Shown here: positions 27,404-36,642 of the stretch, in pieces
Numbering within the stretch: position 1 is the first letter of the stretch
Layout: each line of letters begins with the position of its first letter
From: a virus
Lineage: Duplodnaviria > Caudoviricetes
DNA length: 55,536 nucleotides
Strand: one strand, 5' to 3'
IMG/VR virus record: IMGVR_UViG_3300020045_005976
Coordinates: 1 to 55,536 of that record
Made by a program: the position numbers and the translations under genes
The notes under the pieces: generated by a model
Told to the model about the DNA's origin: nothing
Seen by the model: the letters and a program-made list of their open reading frames with translations, nothing else
Database searches by the model: none

Positions 27404-27658
27404 ATGAAATACAAACTAATAACCACGCAAGAAGGAAAGAAAAAAGTCGCGTTTCGCTACTCAGTCAATGATCGTTTCACCGTGCGCGAGACATTCAGGG
27501 ATAAGTCGGTAAAAGTCTATTGCCGGATGGATGACGGTGCGATTGTGGGAGCTGGCAGCGTTGCGGCACCTGACGCACCGCCGAAAAAGAAAGCCTTTCC
27601 CGTTTCGGCAATCAAGTCGGCTGCGGATCATCTTTTGAATTTTGGAGGTGCGAAATGA
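27404..27658 (+). CDS. Hypothetical protein
   Basis: Coupled ORF. Confidence 0.55.
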   Translation: MKYKLITTQEGKKKVAFRYSVNDRFTVRETFRDKSVKVYCRMDDGAIVGAGSVAAPDAPPKKKAFPVSAIKSAADHLLNFGGAK

Positions 27659-27918
27659 ATGCAATCACTTTGCTTTTCATTATTTCGGCAATTCTCATAA
27701 TTGCAGTTGTTGTCTTAGTGGTGAAAATTGCTGCCGTTGAAGGAAGAATTAATAGAATTGCTTGGCGTATCGACGAAGCTAAAGAACTTGTTTTAAAAAG
27801 TGAAAACTCGAACCACGTTGATATGATTGCGGAGGAGGTTTGCGCCATTAAAGACCATCTTAATATTGACGCTGTTTATGTGAAGAAGCACGTCGAAATG
27901 AGGAGTAAGACGAAATGA
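27655..27918 (+). CDS. Membrane-anchored protein
   Basis: N-terminal TM helix; GGAGG upstream. Confidence 0.6.
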   Translation: MNAITLLFIISAILIIAVVVLVVKIAAVEGRINRIAWRIDEAKELVLKSENSNHVDMIAEEVCAIKDHLNIDAVYVKKHVEMRSKTK

Positions 27919-27994
27919 CAATTATAGAATTTGGATTTAATGTCTCGGCATGTTTGCTTGGGTTTTGGGTTGCGGGTAAAATCTTTAAAATAAA

Positions 27995-28207
27995 ATGAAA
28001 ACAAAAAGGCGTTCAGCGGCATCAATGTGTCCACACTTAACACGAAAGCGTGCGCTTAAGCGCCTTCGTAAATTCAAAAAGTTTTACAATGAAGGGAAAA
28101 AGCTTTATTTAGACGAGGGAATTAGATTCTTTCCAGAGGTTTTAAATTACGCAATGATGAAGCTGAGGCGTTACAATCGCAATATCACATACAGGAAAAC
28201 GAGATGA
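27995..28207 (+). CDS. Basic hypothetical protein
   Basis: Coupled ORF. Confidence 0.45.
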   Translation: MKTKRRSAASMCPHLTRKRALKRLRKFKKFYNEGKKLYLDEGIRFFPEVLNYAMMKLRRYNRNITYRKTR

Positions 28208-28488
28208 AAAATGATTTAAGCGAATTCCTCGTTAAGAAAACGTTCAGACTTACTGAATGTGAGTTTTTGAGCATTTACGCTGCGCTTGAGGTGTCAAAAC
28301 ATGTTGCGCACATGAATTGTATCTATATAAATTCGGCAATGAATCGCTTGCAAACAGAAGATGACATCCGAAAATCGACAAGTGCAATCATTCATGAAAA
28401 GATAATCGGTGAATCACTTGCGCTTTTGGATGGAATGCTTCGGATTGAAAGCGGAAAGCCGCATTGGAGAATTGAGGAAATCACATGA
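28204..28488 (+). CDS. Hypothetical protein
   Basis: Coupled ORF. Confidence 0.5.
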   Translation: MKNDLSEFLVKKTFRLTECEFLSIYAALEVSKHVAHMNCIYINSAMNRLQTEDDIRKSTSAIIHEKIIGESLALLDGMLRIESGKPHWRIEEIT

Positions 28489-28834
28489 AACCGCTGACTC
28501 GAAAGCGTAAAATCAAACGATGGCGGCAATATGTTCGTTCTGTAAATGGGAGAATCTCGGAGTCAGTAAGTTTTAATGAACTTGATCAAGCGGTTAGTGA
28601 TTTTTTCACGTCAGCAATCGCGGGGCTTGAAATCGCAAGGGATTATGATCGTCGGCATCGATAATAATCAAAATCAATTTTTGACGCGCGCAGTCTAAAC
28701 TTGTGGTAGAATTCCACCTGTGGCCCAGCTAGCCAGCGCAACGTTAGCCGTTGATCTGCGCGCGTCAAATTCGGTAAACCAAAAACGAAAGGAATATATG
28801 AAAGGATACTAAACGAAATCCATTTATTGTTGTG

Positions 28835-28868
28835 GCCGCGCTCATTAGGTACTTGGGCGCGGCTTTTT
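28835..28868 (+). terminator. Intrinsic terminator upstream of the portal gene
   Basis: GCCGCGCTCA-9-TGGGCGCGGC followed by TTTTT. Confidence 0.65.
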
Positions 28869-29037
28869 CGTGCCCATATTGCGCACGATAAAAATCGAAT
28901 GGTGCGTAATTGAGTAGTCAAGTATTCCTTGTCAACTGAGTTTGGAATCCATAAACCGGAAACCCCCTATTTCCGGTAGATCATCATTTTCGGTAAAAAT
29001 CTGTTGCTTCCCACTTGACGCAATTCAATTTTGGATT

Positions 29038-30789
29038 GTGGCGAGAATTTTAGGCCTTGACATAACACTCCGCAAAGCTCCTTCAAAGGTGCCGGAAATC
29101 ACCGGCAGTAACTTTGCGGCGTTATCTGTTCGTGCAACGGTGGCATCTGCCAGTGTGCCTGCGAATGAGGCTAACTCGTCATTTATCCAAGCAACTGGTG
29201 AATTGCCCGTAACGCTTCCCAAGCGCAGGGCAGACGCGCAAGGTTTGTCAACGCGCAATGTAAGCGCGTCTCCGTTGGACGATTGGTTTATGGCGATACC
29301 TTCAAAGGTGCCGCCCAAGCAAGTTGACAGCATCCTTCGTGGCGCTGCCGCCGGTAATCTCTGGAATCAATACCAGCTATCCCGGCGAATGGAAGAAAGT
29401 TGGCCGGTTTACAAAAAGTGCGTTCTTGAACTAAAAACAGCAGTCGCTTCGGCAAAGTACGTTGTTCATCCGCACTGTGAACCAGGCCAAGAGCCAACGC
29501 CGTCCGCAATTGAGAAAGCCGATGTTGTCCGTCGCGCCATCCAAGGTTTTCAGCCGGACCGTTTCGCGGATGAAGACGGCTTTAACGGGATGGTTTTCGA
29601 CCTTTGCGAGGCGGTAATGAATGGCATTTCCATTGTCGAATTGATTTGGAATGAGCGCGCCATTGATCCGAATGGTGGGCCGGAATCGGTTGTAAAATCT
29701 TCTTCGTGGGTAAATCCGCGCAATATTTCCTTCAAATCTGACGGCTCGCTTGGTGTCGCCCGCGCTTCTGAGTCAGGCAATATGTCGTTCTCAAACCAAG
29801 TTCGAGACGACCTAATGAGCGACCCCGATAAGTTTCTCGTTGCTAAAATTAAAAGCAAATCCGGCTCGCCTTTGACTGCTGGACTCATGCGGACCTTGGC
29901 GCAAATGTGGGTAATGGTTGTCTATGGCCGCGACTACGCGCTCAATTTTGCGCAGAAATACGGCAATCCTTTTTTTGACATCACATTTGACACAAAGGTA
30001 ACTGGCAATAACGACAAGAATGACTTTGAACGACTCGCTAAAGACGCGGTGAATCAAGGGTGGTGCGTTCATCCGCTTGGGACTGAGTTGAAGTTGGGGG
30101 CGGCACATACAATGGGCAGTGAAAACGCCCACATGACATTGATGAAGTTTGCCGACGAGCAATGCCAATTGCTTTTGCTTGGCCAAACTTTGACGACTTC
30201 TGTTGGCGCTTCTGGTTCTCGCGCACTTGGCTCGGTCCATGAAAACGTGCGTCAAGAAATCATTGAGCACTATGCGCAGTGGATTGCCGGAATCTTGACT
30301 GACCAATTTGCAGACTCGGTTTGCCGGGTAAATTTCGGAACGTCTTACACCAAGAATCCCGAGCGCCCGACCATTGTCGCCGACTTCTCTCGCCCGTTGA
30401 GCGTCATGGAGACCGCCGAATATTTGCAGAAATTGTCTAATGTTTCCGTGCCTTTGGTGGCGGACGAGATTTACAAGTTGGCCAACGTCCAGCAACCCGC
30501 CGCTGGCGATAAGTCATTAAATCACGGCAATCTTATAATTGCGGAAGAGCCGATGACTGAAACCGAGAAAAGGCAAAAAGATTTTGACACTCAAATGGCC
30601 CAGCAAGAATCTGTTAATGAAATGACGAGTAATGCACAGGTTCAAGGCGCTATAACTTCCGCATCTTATGATGATCGGTGGCAGCTTGAAAGCCTTGTGT
30701 CTGCCGCTGAAAAGGCCACGCATTTAAACGGTGAAGCAACTGCCGTTAAAAACAAAGTTGCAGAACTTTTGACCAATAAAACGCGATGA
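29038..30789 (+). CDS. Portal protein, DUF935/Mu gp29-like (start uncertain)
   Basis: AVMNGISIVELIW, FAQKYGNP and LLLLGQTLTT..GSRALGSVHENVR motifs. Confidence 0.9.
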   Translation: MARILGLDITLRKAPSKVPEITGSNFAALSVRATVASASVPANEANSSFIQATGELPVTLPKRRADAQGLSTRNVSASPLDDWFMAIPSKVPPKQVDSILRGAAAGNLWNQYQLSRRMEESWPVYKKCVLELKTAVASAKYVVHPHCEPGQEPTPSAIEKADVVRRAIQGFQPDRFADEDGFNGMVFDLCEAVMNGISIVELIWNERAIDPNGGPESVVKSSSWVNPRNISFKSDGSLGVARASESGNMSFSNQVRDDLMSDPDKFLVAKIKSKSGSPLTAGLMRTLAQMWVMVVYGRDYALNFAQKYGNPFFDITFDTKVTGNNDKNDFERLAKDAVNQGWCVHPLGTELKLGAAHTMGSENAHMTLMKFADEQCQLLLLGQTLTTSVGASGSRALGSVHENVRQEIIEHYAQWIAGILTDQFADSVCRVNFGTSYTKNPERPTIVADFSRPLSVMETAEYLQKLSNVSVPLVADEIYKLANVQQPAAGDKSLNHGNLIIAEEPMTETEKRQKDFDTQMAQQESVNEMTSNAQVQGAITSASYDDRWQLESLVSAAEKATHLNGEATAVKNKVAELLTNKTR

Positions 30790-32558
30790 ATGTAAAAGCA
30801 CACGAAGCAACCGGCCACGTCACTATGCATGGGCACGCAATGAAGCTGCATTCCGCCGTTAATCGCGCCATCCAAGACGATGCCCGGTTCAATATCCCAC
30901 CGCAGGACGCCGCGAATCTGTGCTATAAGCCGAAGCCCTATGTTGTGGACATTATCACGCCCGACGAAAACGGCAATCATTTCGCGGTAATTAGCACGGC
31001 GCGCGGAGAATTGCTGCGTCATGGATTTGAATACAACACGGAAGACGGCGCGGTGAAATTGGCCGATGGCGAATCATCCAAGACAGAATCAACGCACGTC
31101 TATTCGCGTGAGTGCGAAAAGTTTGATGCGCTAATCAAGGCGCATTCGTCCGATTTTATTCAGTGCCGGGCGTCCAGCGGCGTGAAGCTTTCCGCCAAAG
31201 AGGTCTGGGAATCGGGCAAGCCTGTGTCATTCATTTACGCCCCCGGCGGCACGACGACGATTAACGCAGGTTTCCGCAAGGGTGAATCCATTACCTGCTG
31301 CGTTCAAATCGACGAGGACACCGCGAAAGATTTGCAAGACTCGTTTGATTTTGTCTGCGCTACGGAAAAGCAGGAGCCGTATTCAGATGAAGACCATGAG
31401 GCTAAGAAGGCCACTTTGCGCTTTCCGAAAGGCCAAGTCAATTTCACTTATGGCACGATTCGCGGCGAGGAAGGCATCATTGTCAGTGGGGCGGAGCCGA
31501 CATCTTACGGGGCTGAAGCGGTCAATGGCAAGGTGTATGCATCGTGGTCGCCTGAATTTGCGACGGATGCCAATTATGAAAAAGCGAAGTGCAAGAAAGG
31601 CCACTGGACCTTTCCAGATGGTGTTCGCGGCTCGGCTTCAAACCCTGCGCGAATGGTGGCCATTTCATTTGTCACTGGGGCTTTGACCAATAAGCCCGCG
31701 TTCAAAAACATGCCGAACGTGAAAGCGAAGAAGGTTGAAAACGAAGTGGAAAAAGCGCCATCCATCGGTTCGCTGATTAACTTCATTTCGCTGGTGAAAA
31801 TCGCTCATTTCAACGCGGATACTAAGACAAACGACCATGAATCGTTGGGTGAATTGTATGACGATTTGGCTGATTTAGCCGATTCGTTCGCGGAAACATT
31901 CTGCGGCGCTTTTGGCGTCAAGGTGGAAAACGAACCAGTTGACATGGCTGCCAGCTCTGACTTCACCGCGATTCTCGACAAGGGGACTGAAATTGTTGCC
32001 GCGCTCCGCGTGGCCTGCGAAGGAAAAGAGGACTTGCTCAATCTTTTGGCGGACATGGACAAAGCTTTGAACCATTCACGATTCTTGCTTAAAGCGACGG
32101 ACCAAGTCGAGGGTGAAACGGTTAAGGCTGGCGACTTTCCTGGCCATCCCTTTCGTGGAAATCAGCACATGTCCGGTCACGGCTCGGGGCCACATCACAG
32201 CGCCAGCCGGAAAGCGCACTTTTCCAGCAAAAAAGCAAAAGACAAAAAGAGTCATGAAGAAGCTGCGGCGCATCACGAAAAAGCGGCCAAGTCGTGGAGT
32301 AAGCAAGATGACGGAGACGAGGCTTCAGATTATCACACGACCATGTCTGAATTTCACAAGCGCGCAGCTTTGAAAAAGGAGAAGAAAGCCGCCGTGAAAA
32401 CAACCGAAGCACCAACAGAAGATCTGATCATTAAAGCATTTTTCGCCAAGACCGAGGCGGAAAAAGCGATTGCCCATCAATTTACCAAACGGATTCCCGG
32501 TATTGATACCCGTGAAACTGTTGCCCAATTTCTTGCCCGGTCGGGTAAGAACGGCTGA
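30786..32558 (+). CDS. Mu gp32/I-like prohead protease polyprotein with a ferritin-like (DUF5856/Dps-like) domain and His-rich tail
   Basis: YASWSPEF and GALTNKPAF protease motifs; KIAHF..HESLGELYDDL..LADSFAE four-helix motif; GDFPGHPFRGNQH. Confidence 0.75.
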   Translation: MNVKAHEATGHVTMHGHAMKLHSAVNRAIQDDARFNIPPQDAANLCYKPKPYVVDIITPDENGNHFAVISTARGELLRHGFEYNTEDGAVKLADGESSKTESTHVYSRECEKFDALIKAHSSDFIQCRASSGVKLSAKEVWESGKPVSFIYAPGGTTTINAGFRKGESITCCVQIDEDTAKDLQDSFDFVCATEKQEPYSDEDHEAKKATLRFPKGQVNFTYGTIRGEEGIIVSGAEPTSYGAEAVNGKVYASWSPEFATDANYEKAKCKKGHWTFPDGVRGSASNPARMVAISFVTGALTNKPAFKNMPNVKAKKVENEVEKAPSIGSLINFISLVKIAHFNADTKTNDHESLGELYDDLADLADSFAETFCGAFGVKVENEPVDMAASSDFTAILDKGTEIVAALRVACEGKEDLLNLLADMDKALNHSRFLLKATDQVEGETVKAGDFPGHPFRGNQHMSGHGSGPHHSASRKAHFSSKKAKDKKSHEEAAAHHEKAAKSWSKQDDGDEASDYHTTMSEFHKRAALKKEKKAAVKTTEAPTEDLIIKAFFAKTEAEKAIAHQFTKRIPGIDTRETVAQFLARSGKNG

Positions 32559-32600
32559 CCCGCAAGCCGTGAGTAGCGGACAAAAAGACAAAACCAAAAA

Positions 32601-34295
32601 ATGAAAATCACACTAACTAAAGTCCCGCAAGGCTCGACTGCAAAAGCGGGTGATAACCAAGACGCCACTGGTGTCGAAATGGACGCCTTGCGCGCCAATG
32701 GTTACGAGTTCCAAACCGACGCCGAATTGCGCTTGCTGAAAGCTCGCGAAGTCGCCGTTGACAATGCAATCCGGGCTTCCAAGGCCTTCGCGCCAAAAGA
32801 AGACACCAGCGAAATTAAGGCTACGGCCATTGCCCTTGAAGGCATCAAGGACGGTTCCGGCGTAACTTACATTCAGTCGCTTTCTCCCAAGGTGTCTGAA
32901 TTGAGTCAGCGAGTTACCGCGTCCGATGCGGCCCAGTCTGTTCATTCGGTGAGCATGGGCGAGGTTGGCCTGCGTGAAACCGTTCGCGGCTTCTTGCAAG
33001 CCAGCGAGCAGGACATGAAGATGCTGAAAAACGGCGGCATTATCCGCGCGACGCACAAGGATGCGAAGGGTATTTCCGATGCCGTTTCCATGTCGCAGGA
33101 AAAGAGTCTTATCAGCGCGAAAATGGCCGATATGATTGCTCGCGGTGGCGACTTCCGCATGACTGAGGACTTTGTCAAAGCGGCTTACGATGGCTACGCC
33201 GATGCGAATGGCGCTTTGGGTGTGCTCAATTCCGCGTTGACGCTGCAATGGAATCTGGGTCATCTGGAAAACCAGTTGATTATGCTGGACGACATTTGCA
33301 CGGACGTTAGCGGCACTCCGGTTCTGTACAATCAACAGGCCCGCACCCGCTACATCAAAGTTCCTGGCGTGCAGCTCAAGACGGCTACGAATGCGTGGTC
33401 GGGCACGGCTGGTAACGATGTTGACGTGAACGTACTGATGAACAACTACGCAGGTGTTCCGATCAGCGTGAACAACGCCATCATTAATTCTACGGCTCGT
33501 CAGTTGATGAACGAGCAGAAGCAGCCGCAGCTTTACGGCTTGGCTGAATATATTCTGTACACGCTGATCAAAACGGCCATCGACGGTTCGACTCGTTTTG
33601 ACAACACCGGAATTGCCTCGGCGATCCAGAAAGCTGCCTCGGCGTTTAGCGATCCGACTTTTGGCCCCGGTTATTTCAACGTGGCTGGCGCGACGCTGAA
33701 AACCTTCGTTTCCGACCTCCCGGCGGCTCAAGATTTGAGCAAGTTCCCCGGCGGCGACGAAGCCCCCGGTGCGGCTGATTTGCTGCGTTGGGCTTGGGTG
33801 CATACCAGCCTTTACGCTTCCATCGCTGGCGATAGCAGCTTCCAGCTCAACCAGTCCATTCAGGGTATCCGCCAGCAGCCTGACCAAAACCTGATTCGCA
33901 CTGGTCGGTTCAGCGAATTGGGCAATAACAAGTTCCGCAAATCGCAATTGATGGTGGATAACAACTCCACTACCGGCACTGGCGCGGATGGTGGTGCAAA
34001 TGCGATGTTTGTCACGCCTGGTGCTTACGGCGAGGCCAAGGTTGTCGGTCTGGCTGGTACTCGTTCCGGTCTGCTGTTTGTTTCCCGCGTGCCGCTGGAT
34101 TACACCAAGGTGATGCCGGAAATCCCCAGCACGGCGGCGATTGAGTTGTTCACGACCCCGAAACTCGGCATCCCGTTCATGATCGTGAAATACCTCGACC
34201 ACGCCTACGAAACGGCCAACATGCGCGCGCAGCTCATGTGGGGTTCCGCCGTCGGCGACGAGCGCCAGCTCATGTTGCTCAAGCAGCAAGCCTAG
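32601..34295 (+). CDS. Major capsid protein with N-terminal scaffold-like extension
   Basis: Position after the protease, 564 aa and strong codon bias; no diagnostic motif recognised. Confidence 0.75.
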   Translation: MKITLTKVPQGSTAKAGDNQDATGVEMDALRANGYEFQTDAELRLLKAREVAVDNAIRASKAFAPKEDTSEIKATAIALEGIKDGSGVTYIQSLSPKVSELSQRVTASDAAQSVHSVSMGEVGLRETVRGFLQASEQDMKMLKNGGIIRATHKDAKGISDAVSMSQEKSLISAKMADMIARGGDFRMTEDFVKAAYDGYADANGALGVLNSALTLQWNLGHLENQLIMLDDICTDVSGTPVLYNQQARTRYIKVPGVQLKTATNAWSGTAGNDVDVNVLMNNYAGVPISVNNAIINSTARQLMNEQKQPQLYGLAEYILYTLIKTAIDGSTRFDNTGIASAIQKAASAFSDPTFGPGYFNVAGATLKTFVSDLPAAQDLSKFPGGDEAPGAADLLRWAWVHTSLYASIAGDSSFQLNQSIQGIRQQPDQNLIRTGRFSELGNNKFRKSQLMVDNNSTTGTGADGGANAMFVTPGAYGEAKVVGLAGTRSGLLFVSRVPLDYTKVMPEIPSTAAIELFTTPKLGIPFMIVKYLDHAYETANMRAQLMWGSAVGDERQLMLLKQQA

Positions 34296-34302
34296 CAATC
34301 AC

Positions 34303-34330
34303 GCCGGGCGGGTGAAATAAACCGCCCGGC
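34303..34330 (+). other. GC-rich hairpin after the capsid gene (no U-tract)
   Basis: GCCGGGCGG(G)T-gaaataa-ACCGCCCGGC. Confidence 0.55.
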
Positions 34331-34361
34331 ACAATTCAAACCAAATAAATAAAATAAGAAA

Positions 34362-34916
34362 ATGAAATTTATCACTTCTCTCTTTGCGGTTGCCATTCTG
34401 TTTTTGGCGACTTATACGCAGGCGGCAACTACTGTTGGCGTCCTGCCATCTACCGCTGTCGCTGTAATTAACAGCACGTCTACGACAAATCAGCTCGTCA
34501 ACTTCCCGGCTTGGCCTGTGGTGGTTGCCGGGGCGACTTCCGTGACTAACTTCACGACCATTGACATCACTGGATACAATGATGTTGCCTTGAAGTTTGT
34601 TTGCCAGACGACCAACACGACCAGCACGTCAAACGTGGTTTGGACCATCTATCGCGATGTTCCTAATCGATTCCCGACCAATGCGGTCGGCACGGGCGTT
34701 AATTGCGCCATCCTTGGCACCGTGACCAACATCCTGAATGGTGTTGCGCCCGTAACAGCTATTGCCAGCTATAACGGCGTTCCTCGCACCACGGCTAGCA
34801 CATACCAAAGCACTGATGCTGGCATCGCTGGTATCTCCACGCTATATATTGGCTATGTGACCGTCCCCGGACTGTCAGGCATCACCAATTATCAAGTCTA
34901 CGTTAGTAAGAAATAG
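34362..34916 (+). CDS. Signal-peptide protein at the capsid-decoration position
   Basis: MKFITSLFAVAILFLATYTQA/ATT Sec-type leader; beta-rich, Thr/Asn-rich. Confidence 0.7.
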   Translation: MKFITSLFAVAILFLATYTQAATTVGVLPSTAVAVINSTSTTNQLVNFPAWPVVVAGATSVTNFTTIDITGYNDVALKFVCQTTNTTSTSNVVWTIYRDVPNRFPTNAVGTGVNCAILGTVTNILNGVAPVTAIASYNGVPRTTASTYQSTDAGIAGISTLYIGYVTVPGLSGITNYQVYVSKK

Positions 34917-34978
34917 CCTGCCGTTACTGACGGCGTGCGCCTCAATCTGCTTTGAAGCGTGCGCCGTCCCTCTGTTTT

Positions 34979-35632
34979 ATGGAAACAAAATGGGTCACAT
35001 TAAAGGCGAGTGATTTGGCGCGAGTTATCGCCGTCGAAGTTCTTGGCAAGTCAAATGAGAACATTGATGCCGATAGCGTTGCGAATAAATTAGCCAATGC
35101 CGAAAGCCGGGCGGCATATGACCCGACGCTTGACGACCGGGCAACCCAGCAGATTTCAATGGCGGTTGCTGAATGTCGCGGGGCAATTCAAATGGGCGAC
35201 AAGTCGGCGCTTTCATTGGAAGTTGGCGCGGTGCCACCTGAATGCGTGGTTCACGTTCTTTACCTTGCGGCATATCGGCTGGTTAACAGTTCGCCGAATC
35301 TGCAAATGGTGATTCTTTCGGACAAAGGCGCGTATTCGCCGCTGACCGACAATTTCAAATCGGCGCAGAAGTATATTGAATTGTTGTCCAACGGCAAGCC
35401 GACCGTTCCACCAAGCGAGCCAACTGGCCGCGACTATTTGACGGCGATTAATACGCCGTGGTTCTGTAATTCGCCATCGCCGTTTCCGCCCTACAATCCA
35501 GATTTGCCAATCAATCCGCCGGTTGCTGGTGTGCGCTTTGGCGGATCAACCCGTGCCGACTTGAGCACGTTTGACTCTATTTTTATGTCGCCCGCTCCGC
35601 TGGGGTGGCCGTCAAGCATTGGCCAGCCATGA
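34979..35632 (+). CDS. Head-tail adaptor (Mu gp36/DUF1320-like)
   Basis: Synteny; ISMAVAECRG..VPPEC..LAAYRL..FKSAQKYIELLSNGK pattern. Confidence 0.65.
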   Translation: METKWVTLKASDLARVIAVEVLGKSNENIDADSVANKLANAESRAAYDPTLDDRATQQISMAVAECRGAIQMGDKSALSLEVGAVPPECVVHVLYLAAYRLVNSSPNLQMVILSDKGAYSPLTDNFKSAQKYIELLSNGKPTVPPSEPTGRDYLTAINTPWFCNSPSPFPPYNPDLPINPPVAGVRFGGSTRADLSTFDSIFMSPAPLGWPSSIGQP

Positions 35633-36642
35633 TAACTCTACAGGAAAGAATTTCCGCGCGAGCTTTGGCGATGCGGGCTTTGAATATTATCAAGGCGACG
35701 CACATTAAGGAATACACCAAAGTCGTTGACGGAAAAACTGTAACTGTAAAACAGCACGAAGACAGCCGAGACAAATGGACCGGCGGCGCTGGCGGAATTC
35801 ACCTAAAGCGAACCGGAGAAGGAAAAGAGGGCAAATGGGTGACGCACGACGATAAAGAGATACCGGAACACGCCAAGAAATTGGTCATTCCGCCAGCTTG
35901 GAAGAATGTTCGCGTCGCCCCCGATGAAAGCCATGATTTGCAGGCCATTGGCGAGGACTCAAAGAATCGCGTTCAAAGAATTTATTCGGAAGAGGCGACT
36001 CAGAAAGCGGCAGACCAAAAGTTTTCGCGCAATTCTGAGTTACTTAAAAAGCAGGGATATATTTTCAAGCAGAACGAAGCCAATCGGAAAAGCGAGAATC
36101 TAAAAACGCGCGAAGCTGCCGATTGCATGAAGTTGATTCAAGAAACCGGAATCAGGCCGGGTAGCGACGCGGATACAGGCGCGAAGAAAAAAGCTTATGG
36201 CGCAACCACGCTTGAAGCGCGCCACATTGTCATCAGTTCCAGTGGTTCCGTTAGCCTGCAATTTGTTGGCAAAAAAGGCGTTGAACTAAACATTCCAGTG
36301 CATGACGAAAGCACGATTGAAATGCTGAAAGAAAAGAAAGAAAGGTTTAGCGACGATGAAAGAATTTTCTCAACATCTGACGCAATGCTGCGGGAATATT
36401 CGCACACACTGGACGGCGGAAGCTTCAAGCCGAAAGATTTTCGCACACTGAAAGGCACAAATACCGCCGTCGAAGAAATCGAAAAGAATCCAAAGCCAGC
36501 GAAGACGATGGATGAATATAAAAAGCGAGTAATGGAAATTGCCAAAAAGGTTTCGCAAGCGTTAGGTAATACTCCAATAATCGCATTGCAATCATATATT
36601 AATCCTTTTGTTTTTGATGTCATTAAACCAATTTCCGAATGA
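35629..36642 (+). CDS. DNA topoisomerase IB (bacterial/poxvirus type)
   Basis: IPPAWKNV, LQAIGED, GIRPG, YGATTL, FVGKKG, KDFRT, LGNTP and QSYINP; full catalytic set. Confidence 0.93.
   Translation: MITLQERISARALAMRALNIIKATHIKEYTKVVDGKTVTVKQHEDSRDKWTGGAGGIHLKRTGEGKEGKWVTHDDKEIPEHAKKLVIPPAWKNVRVAPDESHDLQAIGEDSKNRVQRIYSEEATQKAADQKFSRNSELLKKQGYIFKQNEANRKSENLKTREAADCMKLIQETGIRPGSDADTGAKKKAYGATTLEARHIVISSSGSVSLQFVGKKGVELNIPVHDESTIEMLKEKKERFSDDERIFSTSDAMLREYSHTLDGGSFKPKDFRTLKGTNTAVEEIEKNPKPAKTMDEYKKRVMEIAKKVSQALGNTPIIALQSYINPFVFDVIKPISE

Noticed and set aside
28680-28769. tRNA call for the cloverleaf-like element
   Set aside because: Lacks D-loop GG, T-loop TTC and acceptor geometry on either strand
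32613-34298. 561-aa antisense ORF opposite the capsid gene
   Set aside because: Codon-register mirror of a strongly biased gene; the sequence is not protein-like and has no expression signals
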